Positions 54,896-64,000 of a stretch of 64,000 nt of DNA are shown piece after piece (positions within the stretch are counted from its first letter, which is position 1; the number at the start of each line of letters is the position of its first letter). Made by a program: the position numbers and the translations under genes. Under the pieces are notes generated by a model. That model was given only the letters and a program-made list of their open reading frames with translations, was not told the origin of the DNA and ran no database searches. The stretch lies in NCBI GenBank assembly GCA_002269645.1, contig NIVC01000106.1, positions 186,001 through 250,000 of the forward strand. Reading direction: 5' to 3'. This stretch comes from Macrostomum lignano. Lineage: Eukaryota.

Positions 54896-57800
54896 ATGGA
54901 CTCAAAGCAATCCGACCAGCCCCATACTGCGGCCCCGTCAGCAACTCCGCAGAGCCGGCTGCAGCAGGCCGCGGCAGAGGCGGTGGCCCGCAGCCGACTG
55001 CGCAGGCAGCTGATTGAGTTCACCAAGGAGACTTCGCTGCCAGGGGTGAGCCAGGCCGGTCTGAGCAGCGGCCGAGGCTTGGTGTGGACCGGCCTCCTCT
55101 CTCTGTCGCTGGTGGCTCTCATCGTGCACCTGTGCATCATTGTGACCGTCTACCTGCGCTACAGCACCACCACCAGTTCGAGCTACGACCAGCCGTTCCA
55201 GTGGCCGGATGTGACCCTGTGCAACCTGGTGCCGCTGTCTGTCAGCGCGGTGAACGAGCATCTGGCTGAAGCTCCGACTTCGCCATCGAACAGTCTCGGC
55301 CGGTTCTTCGACGCTCTGCCAGCCCTGGCCGAGTCAATTTCGGCTGCCAACGGGCCGGACGTGACCAACTCGCAGAGTCTGCGCGAGTTGATGACGCGAT
55401 CAAGGAACCTGACACCGGTTGAGCACAAGCTGGCAAACAGCCTGCTGAGCTGCAATTATCGAGGTGTCCAGTGTCCGACTGACTCCATCAAGCAAACCTA
55501 CGTGCCCCGGTTCCACACCTGCTTCACCGTGAGCATCGGATCGGCTGGCGGCAGCTCGGGCACCCTGGCTGATGACGACTTCCTAGACATGATGCTGTTT
55601 GTTGAGAGCGGCGTGCTGAGCTACTGGGATCGGAGAACTCTCGCGGATTTCTCACCGGCTGGCAAAGTGTTTGTCCACGCTCGGGGCTCCTACCCGGATG
55701 TGGAGGACATTCTGGACTTGCCAACTGGAGCATGGGTGATGCTGGGCCTTCGCTACACTGAGAGACACAATTTCGAGGGCCGGTGCGCCAAGTACCAGGG
55801 CGAAGTGAAGTTTTCCACACCGTCTGGGGAGAAACTCTTTACCTGTGAGCGGGGAGCAGGATCAGCTACCTTATTGGCTACTTTTTTATTGTCAAACGTG
55901 TCTTTTACGTTTCTGATGATTTTGCTGTATGCTTGCAGATTTCTGGTCTTTCCCTCTACCCCTCTTTCCCTCTACCCCTCTTTCTCTCTACCCCCTCTTT
56001 CCTTCTACCCCCTCTTTCCTTCTAACTCCTCTTTCCCTCTACCCCTCTTTCCCTCTACCCCTCTTTCCCTCTAACCCCTCTTTCCTTCTAACCCCTCTTT
56101 CCCTCTACCCCTCTTTCCCTCTACCCCTCTTTCCCTCTAACCCCTCTTTCCCTCTACCCCTCTTTCCCTCTACCCCTCTTTCCCTCTACCCCTCCTTCCC
56201 TCTACCCCTCTTTCCATCTACCTCTCTTTCCCTCTACCCCTCTTTCCCTCTACCCCTCTTTCCCTCTAACCCCTCTTTCCCTCTACCCCTCTTTCCCTCT
56301 ACCCCTCTTTCCCTCTAACCCTCCTTCCCTCTACCCCTCTTTCCCTCTACCCCTCCTTCCCTCTACCCCTCTTTCCCTATACCCCTCTTTCCATCTACCT
56401 CTCTTTCCCTCTACCCCTCTTTCCCTCTAACCCCTCTTTCCCTCTACCCCTCTTTCTCTCTAACCCCTCTTTCCCTCTACCCCTCTTTCCCTCTACCCCT
56501 CTTTCCCTCTACCCCTCCTTCCCTCTACCCCTCTTTCCCTATACCCCTCTTTCTATCTACCTCTCTTTCCCTCTACCCCTCTTTCCCTCTACCCCTCTTT
56601 CCCTCTACCCCTCTTTCCCTCTACCCCCTCTTTCCCTCTACCCCTCTTTCCCTCTACCCCCTCTTTCCTTCTACCCCTTCTTTCCTTCTGCCCCCCTCTT
56701 TCCTTCTACCCGTCTTTCCCTCCACTCATTCTTTTCCTCTAGTCCTCTTTCTCTCTTTCCTCAGCCAATGATTTTTACTAACAGATCGGCAAGGATTTAG
56801 TGGGTGCCGGATTGGCAACAATAGCAGTGGTTAGTAAAAGATTCACAGAGTCTTACTTACCAAAATAACCTGGCCCGCTAACTGTGTTGTCGCAATTAAT
56901 TGAACACACAAAACCCTGCTACTTGAAACGGAATTGAAGTCTGTTTGCGTTAAGTGCCCAACTAAGGCCTGGACAAATATTGACACTACTATGCTGTTAG
57001 CTGTTAGCTGAGCCGAAATGTTATAATTATGAGACTTTATAGAGACGTGATACTGAATTATTTATACGAATCGATTGATACACAATTTGCTAAGGTTGCC
57101 GGTGCTTTAATTTTTACAAAACAGCCAGTGTTAAAAAATGGAAAAACAAAACTTCTTTGACTCAGCCAACGAGAGGCAAATTCAATTTGCAAATAGAAAT
57201 TCCAATAAGAAAGTAAATGAAAAAACAGTAGAAAGCGGGAGAGGGTGGGAGAGAGCGGGAGAGAGCGGGAGAGACCGGGAGAGACCGGGAGAGGGTGGAA
57301 GAGAGCGGGAGAGAGCGAGAGAGAGCGGAAGAGAGCGGGAAAGAGAGTGGGAGAGAGCGGGAGAGAGCGGGAGAGAGGGCGAGAGATAAAGGGAGAGAGC
57401 GGGAGAGGGTGGGAGAGAGGGCGAGAGGGCGAGAGATAAAGGGAGAGAGCGGGAGAGGGTGGGAGAGGGTGGGAGAGAGAGCGAGAGGGCGAGAGATAAA
57501 GGGAGAGAGCGGGAGAGAGCGGGAGAGGGTGGGAGAGAGGGCGAGAGGGCGAGAGATAAAGGGAGAGAGCGGGAGAGGGTGGGAGAGGGTGGGAGAGAGG
57601 GCGAGAGGGCGAGAGATAAAGGGAGAGAGCGGGAGAGGGTGGGACAGAGGGCGAGAGGGCGAGAGATAAAGGGAGAGAGCGGGAGAGGGTGGAACAGAGG
57701 GCGAGAGGGCGAGAGATAAAGGGAGAGAGCGGGAGAGGGTGGGAGAGAGGGCGAGAGGGCGAGAGATAAAGGGAGAGAGCGGGAGAGGGTGGGAGAGAGG

Positions 57801-60398
57801 GCGAGAGGGCGAGAGATAAAGGGAGAGAGCGGGAGAGGGTGGGAGAGAGGGCGAGAGGGCGAGAGATAAAGGGAGAGAGCGGGAGAGGGTGGGAGAGAGG
57901 GCGAGAGGGCGAGAGATAAAGGGAGAGAGCGGGAGAGGGTGGGAGAGAGGGCGAGAGGGCGAGAGATAAAGGGAGAGAGCGGGAGAGGGTGGGAGAGAGG
58001 GCGAGAGGGCGAGAGATAAAGGGAGAGAGCGGGAGAGGGTGGGAGAGAGGGCGAGAGGGCGAGAGATAAAGGAGAGAGCGGGAGAGGGTGGGAGAGAGGG
58101 CGAGAGGGCGAGAGATAAAGGGAGAGAGCGGGAGAGGGTGGGAGAGAGGGCGAGAGGGCGAGAGATAAAGGGAGAGAGCGGGAGAGGGTGGGAGAGAGGG
58201 CGAGAGGGCGAGAGATAAAGGGAGAGAGCGGGAGAGGGTGGGAGAGAGGGCGAGAGGGCGAGAGATAAAGGGAGAGAGCGGGAGAGGGTGGGAGAGAGGG
58301 CGAGAGGGCGAGAGATAAAGGGAGAGAGCGGGAGAGGGTGGGAGAGAGGGCGAGAGGGCGAGAGATAAAGGGAGAGAGCAGGAGAGATTGAAGAGTTTGC
58401 TTTAAACAGTCATAAAAGTTTTAGTCCCCATATTTTTCTCTGGCTAATGGCTTTGGCGACTGAGGAAAACAATCGATAAAGGCGGGACCCGCAGTTGTGA
58501 GGCATTCAATGAGTTCTCGGGTCACAAAGCACTCAGAATCTCTCAGTAATGTGCATTAATTAATTTGTGTTTGTACTCTTTTGCCAACGCATAGGACAAA
58601 CGGGAAATGAAATAACTTGGTTAATCAAAGAACATCAATTAGGAAGATTGATTTGAGGAAGCAGCTCATCTGCCGTTGGAGTGATGCAAATCCCAAATTC
58701 CGCCACAGAAATCAATGCCGCGATATTCTCGATACAATCTGTGCCTCGTAAAATGAAACTGGTATCGACGTCTCACTCCTTAAAGTCCTTCCAATACACC
58801 TTATACTGTTCCCCACATTCCACACAGCCGTTCCCACACCAAAGTCTCTAAATTTTAACTTTAGAAAGCTCACTGCATTGCACCTGCCACTTACCCACCA
58901 ACCAGTACGCAACACAATCAGCCCCACACCCTCTGACCCACACCCTCTGACCCACACCCTCCACCCCATACCCTCTGACCCACACCCTCCACCCCACACC
59001 CTCTGACCCACACCCTCCACCCCATACCCTCTAACCCACACCCTCCACCCCACACCCTCTGACCCACACCCTCCAGGCCACCCCTTCACCCCTCAGCAAC
59101 CACTCCCTGAACTCCCCGCCCGCAGCTCCATCCGACCGTCGCTCCTGCCTGGAGTCCAGCATCCAAGCCGAGCTCATCCGTCAGTGCGGCTGCATCAGCG
59201 AGAAGTTCCGCCGCTTCGATGCCCATCCTGGCCAGCCGGGCTGCCACTCGGTCGGCAACGCCTCGTCGGGATCGGCCAGCGCCGAGGACCGCGCCAGAGC
59301 CGCCTGCCACGGCCGGGTGTTGCCGCAAGCGCTGGAGGCGGCCGGCACCGAGTGTCGAATCGACTGCCTCGAACGGGACTGGGCGATCCGGGTGTCGCCG
59401 CACGTCTGGCCGAAGCTCGACGCCTCCGTGACGGCCCTGTTCGACGCTTACGCCGAACCGGCTGTGCGACTTCGAGGATTCGATCCCAGGCTCCTGCTGG
59501 TGCGCTGGACTCTGGCAGCATTGGAGTGCTGACGAACCCCATACTCTGAACACCATACTATGAACCCCACACTCTGAAACCCACACTCGGAACCCAATGC
59601 TCTGAACCCAATACTCTGAACCCCACACTCTGAACCCCATACAATTAACCAAAAACGTGAGCTGACATTCTTTTACACTGTAATCTAAACACTTCATTTC
59701 CCACACACCCATTCCCCACACCCCCATTCCCCACACCCCATTCCCCACACACCCATTCCCCACACACCAATTTCCCACACCCCCATTCCCCACACACCCA
59801 TTCCACACACCCCCATTCCCCACACCCCCATTCCCCACACCCCATTCCCCACCCCCATTCCCCACACCCCCATTCCCCACACCCCCATTCCCCACACACC
59901 CATTCCCCACACACCAATTTCCCACACCCCCATTCCCCACACACCCATTCCACACACCCCCATTCCACACACACCCATTCCCCACACACCCATTCCCCAC
60001 ACACCCATTCCCCACACACCCATTCCCCACACACTTATTCCCCACACCCCATTCCCCACACTACGATCTAATTCCCCACCCCACCACTTAATCCCCAGGT
60101 GAACGGCACCACAAATGTGACCACCCTGGACGCCAAATCTCAGTTAGAATTTGTTCAGCGCAGTTTCCTACGCATCACGGTGAACCCAACAAGTACCATT
60201 GGGCTCCGTATTGATGAAAGCCTGGTTTACACTGCCGGAAACTTGCTCTCGGATCTGGGAGGAATCCTCGGCCTCTACCTGGGATTCAGCATCGTGTTCA
60301 TCTACGAGATCGCATTCCTGCTGGTGAAGCTGGTGCGCGACTCACGTGCTGGAGGCGGTGGCGCGGTCGGGACCGCCGATTCTAAGAGCTCCTGTTGA
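54896..60398 (+). CDS. DEG/ENaC (ASIC/degenerin family) sodium channel subunit, about 540 aa
   Basis: Exons 54896-55844, 59126-59499, 60099-60398 (phases 1, 0). EFTKETSLPG, TM1, WPDVTLCN, SC.Y.G..C, FHTCFT, thumb CGC, and TM2 LLSDLGGILGLYLGFSIVFIYE. Confidence 0.93.
55950..56735 (+). repeat. 17-bp pyrimidine minisatellite in intron 1 of the DEG/ENaC gene
   Basis: CTCTTTCCCTCTACCCC. Confidence 0.96.
57230..58390 (+). repeat. 50-bp purine-rich minisatellite
   Basis: GGGAGAGAGGGCGAGAGGGCGAGAGATAAAGGGAGAGAGCGGGAGAGGGT, near-identical copies. Confidence 0.97.
58918..59090 (+). repeat. About 15-bp CA-rich repeat just before the exon 2 acceptor
   Basis: CCACACCCTCTGACC / CCACACCCTCCACC. Confidence 0.88.
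59530..60062 (+). repeat. Two CA-rich repeats in intron 2 of the DEG/ENaC gene
   Basis: CTCTGAACCCCA(C/T)A at 59530-59640; CCCATTCCCCACAC(A/C) at 59700-60060. Confidence 0.93.
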
Positions 60399-60539
60399 AG
60401 GATTTTTACGATGCCTTTGTGCGGCAATTACTATGAAAAATATTAAACTGAAAAACTTTTGAATATTTTCTAGCTCGTATTTCTACCTCTTCTAATTGCA
60501 TAATACTCTGCTATCTTAATACTGTCTTAAGAAACCGCC

Positions 60540-61470
60540 CCAAACAATTTGAGAATCTGCCCTAAACCACCATGAGAATCGTCCCTGAACCACCATGAGA
60601 ATTGTCCCTGAACCACCATGAGAATCGTCCCTGAGCCACCATGAGAATCGTCCCTGAGCCACCATGAGAATCGTCCCTGAGCCACCATGAGAATCGTCCC
60701 TGAACCACCATGAGAATTGTCCCTGAACCACCATGAGAATCGTCCCTGAGCCACCATGAGAATCGTCCCTGAACCACCTTGAGAATCGTCCCTGAACCAC
60801 CATGAGAATCGTCCCTGAACCACCATGAGAATCGTCCCTGAACCACCATGAGAATCGTCCCTGAACCACCATGAGAATTGTCCCTGAGCCACCATGAGAA
60901 TCGTCCCTGAGCCACCATGAGAATCGTCCCTGAACCACCTTGAGAATCGTCCCTGAACCACCATGAGAATCGTCCCTGAACCACCTTGAGAATCGTCCCT
61001 GAACCACCTTGAGAATCGTCCCTGAACCACCATGAGAATCGTCCCTGAACCATGAGAATCGTCCCTGAACCACCATGAGAATCGTCCCTGAAACACCATG
61101 AGAATCGTCCCTGAACCACCATGAGAATCGTCCCTGAAACACCATGAGAATCGTCCCTGAAACACCATGAGAATCGTCCCTGAAACACCATGAGAATCGT
61201 CCCTGAACCACCATGAGAATCGTCCCTAAACCACCATGAGAATCGTCCCTAAACCACCATGAGAATTGTCCCTAAACCACCATGAGAATCGTCCCTAAAC
61301 CATGAGAATCGTCCCTAAACCACCATGAGAATCGTCCCTAAACCATGAGAATCGTCCCTAAACCATGAGAATCGTCCCTAAACCACCATGAGAATCGTTC
61401 CTAAACCACCATGAGAATCGTGCCTGAACCATGAGATCATCTCTGAGCCACCATGAGAATCCTCTTTGAA
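60540..61470 (+). repeat. 23-bp minisatellite, about 40 copies
   Basis: GAGAATCGTCCCT(G/A)AACCACCAT. Confidence 0.97.
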
Positions 61471-61847
61471 AACATTATGATAATTTCACCTACTCTATTC
61501 TAATCCTTAGGAAGCACAACACTGAAAATGAACTGAATGTACTACTGCACAAGAAAATCTAGTAGCTAGTGATGCATATTTTGTTTTTGAATAGATTAGA
61601 TGCGGCAACGAAAACTGCTTTTACTGCTTTTACTTACTTGACTTTTGCGCACTAAAAATAGTGCAGGGCTCTCTCTCGAGCAGGGAGTTAATAAATCTTC
61701 AAGTCAGGAGCAAAGAAGACTTATATGCAAATTTAGCCCTTGATCACACCTTGCTGGGAAGACTTATAAAGTCAAGATTGATCGCAGACTAAGATGAAAA
61801 AAAAATTATTGTCAAAAGACGCTCGTAATTCAAACATCCTGCAATCT

Positions 61848-61950
61848 TCAGTTCAGTTCAGTTCAGTTCAGTTCAGTTCAGTTTAGTTCAGTTCAGTTCA
61901 GTTCAGTTCAGTTCAGTTCAGTTCAGTTCAGTTCAGTTCAGTTTAGTTCA
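61848..61950 (+). repeat. (GTTCA)n microsatellite
   Basis: Direct reading. Confidence 0.97.
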
Positions 61951-62248
61951 TTTTGTTTCGTTATTTCGTGTCTATTTTACGTCATCAGTTCGTTCGTCTG
62001 TCCTTTCCTTCGCAATGTTTGGATTTAAATTTCTCTGTGGCCATTGGCTAGCTAGAGCAGGGAGGCTGAGGCGGTCGGGTCCGATCTCCATCAAAATAGA
62101 TACAAGACATCTAGACAGGAGCTCGCGAACGCGCCTTCATCGCTCATTTTCACCCAAGTCACATATCAATCAATCGATCAATCAATCAATCAATCAATCG
62201 ATCGATCGATCAATCAATCAATCGATCAATCAGTCAATCAGTCAATCA

Positions 62249-63801
62249 ATGGACGAGAAACTCCCGGACAGCGAGCGGCACCTTAGACTGGGCCTGCTGA
62301 TTCTGTACGGCCTCGTTGGCGCGGTGGCCATCGCGGCCAATGCCGGTTTGGGGCTCGCCATCTGGCTCAGCCGTCGAGACCGTCAGCGGCCGAGGACGCA
62401 GGCTCTCCTAGCCAACCTCTGCCTGTGCGACCTCTGCATCAGCGCCATCGTCCTGCCGGTCACCGCGTTGAGCTTCGCCGACCTGCGCTGGCACCTGGGC
62501 GCGGTACTCTGTCCGCTGGTCCAGTTCGCCAGCTGCTCCGTGATGTTCGCCTCGGTGTTCACCTTGGCCTCGGCCAGCCTGGTTGAAGGATTCGGGTTAG
62601 GAGACAGTTTTGCCGCAGCGGCTGCGGCAGCAGGAACCAGCGGATGCGGCAGCGTCGGCAATAGCAGCGGAGTCGAAGGCGGGGCTGGCAGCGGCGTCAG
62701 CGTTCGAGACGGGAGTTCCAGCAGATGGCATCGGTTTTGGAGCTCACGAGGGTGCGTGCGATGGTTTGTACCTGTTAGATAGGGGTGTCCGGGTGTGTTA
62801 CCTGTTAGATAGGGGTGTCCGGGTGTGTTACCTGTTAGATAGGGGTGTCCGGGTGTGTTACCTGTTAGATAGGGGTGTCCGGATGTGTTACCTGTTAGAT
62901 AGGGGTGTCCGGGTGTGTTACCTGTTAGATAGAGGTGTCCGGATGTGTTACCTGTTAGATAGAGGTGTCCAGATGTGTTACCTGTTAGATAGGGGTGTCC
63001 GGGTGTGTTACCTGTTAGATAGAGGTCTCCGGATGTGTTACCTGTTAGATAGGGGTTTCCGGTGTGTTACCTGTTAGATAGAGGTGTCCAGATGTGTTAC
63101 CTGTTAGATAGGGGTGTCCGGGTGTGTTACCTGTTAGATAGAGGTCTCCGGATGTGTTACCTGTTAGATAGGGGTTTCCGGTGTGTTACCTGTTAGATAG
63201 GGGGGTCCAGGTGTGTTACCTGTTAGATAGGGGTGTCCAGGTGTGTTACCTGTTAGATAGAGGTGTCCGGGTGTTAGCTGTTAGATAGAGATGTCCGGGT
63301 GTGTTACCTGTTAGATAGGGGTGTCTGGGTATGTTACCTGTTAGATAGAGGTGTCCGGTGTGTTAGCTGTTAGATAGGGGTGTCTGGGTATGTTACCTGT
63401 TAGATAGAGGTGTCCGGTGTGTTAGCTGTTAGATAGAGGTGTCCGGGTGTGTTACCTGTTAGATAGAGGTCTCCGGGTGTGTTACCTGTTAGATAGAGGT
63501 GTCCGGGTGTTATCTGTTAGATAGAGGTGTCCGGGTGTGTTACCTGCTAGATAGAGGTGTCCGAATGTGTTACCTTTTAGATAGGGTGTCCGAGGGTGCT
63601 ATATGTTAGACAGATTGTGTAACCTATGAGACAATAGTCCCTGTACAATATCTCTCTGTAAAAGCTTAGCAGAAATCATTAACCAACGAATTCCATTCGC
63701 AGTTTTTCCGGCATAAAATGGATCGCCTGTCTGTGGCTTCTGTCCGGGCTTTTTGCCGCCCCTAATGCGGTTAATTACCGAATCGAGTTTTGCAACGACA
63801 G
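62249..63801 (+). CDS. Class A (rhodopsin-like) GPCR, neuropeptide-receptor-like, 5' part (TM1-TM4); continues beyond the window
   Basis: Exon 62249-62751: TM1 ..AIAANAGL, TM2 LANLCLCDL, ECL1 W.LG..LC, TM3 ASVFTL. Phase-2 exon 63703-63801: TM4 IACLWLLSGLFAAP, followed by another donor. Confidence 0.9.
62762..63598 (+). repeat. 30-bp minisatellite in intron 1 of the GPCR
   Basis: GTGTTACCTGTTAGATAG(G/A)GGTGTCCGGGT. Confidence 0.97.
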
Positions 63802-63857
63802 GTGCGTGTTTTAAGACACTTATAAATATGCAGCAACAGGCACGGCCCAAATGGAAT

Positions 63858-64000
63858 CCGGGGAGTGGGGTGGCTGTTTAAATGAAGCCTGGGGAGTGGG
63901 GTGGTTGTCCAACTGACGCTCGAGGAGTGGGCTGGCTGTCCAACTGATGCCCGGGGAGTGGGGTGGCTGTCCAACTGACGCTCGAGGAGTGGGCTGGCTG
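63858..64000 (+). repeat. About 33-bp tandem repeat running off the window
   Basis: GGAGTGGG(G/C)TGGCTGTCCAACTGA(C/T)GC(T/C)CG. Confidence 0.85.

Noticed and set aside
55845-56074. Hydrophobic C-terminal part of the 425-aa ORF as TM2 of the channel
   Set aside because: It is intron read-through into a pyrimidine satellite; the real thumb domain and TM2 are in exons at 59126 and 60099.

Overview
Eukaryotic (metazoan) genomic DNA with spliceosomal GT-AG introns, GC-rich exons and introns packed with mini- and microsatellites. The style suggests a free-living flatworm such as Macrostomum, but this is inference only. Most long ORFs in the track are tandem-repeat artefacts; the real genes had to be spliced by hand. 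Order along the window: an internally deleted Tc1 (DD34E) element, a hAT-like MITE, a near-intact DD34D mariner with about 200-bp TIRs, and a foldback element with a TTAGGG-like core; two tandem, highly diverged paralogous type I membrane receptors with a SEFIR/TIR-like cytoplasmic region (IL-17-receptor-like architecture, largely invisible in the ORF track, and the best candidate for a novel system); two tandem MATE/SLC47 transporters sharing a 527-bp identical tract; CFAP119/CCDC189; a PDZRN3/4-like two-PDZ gene with no RING found; a DEG/ENaC channel with an altered HG motif; and the 5' part of a class A GPCR lacking DRY. About 30 distinct tandem arrays fill the introns and intergenic space. 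Splice models were checked by hand for phase consistency only, with no transcript data.
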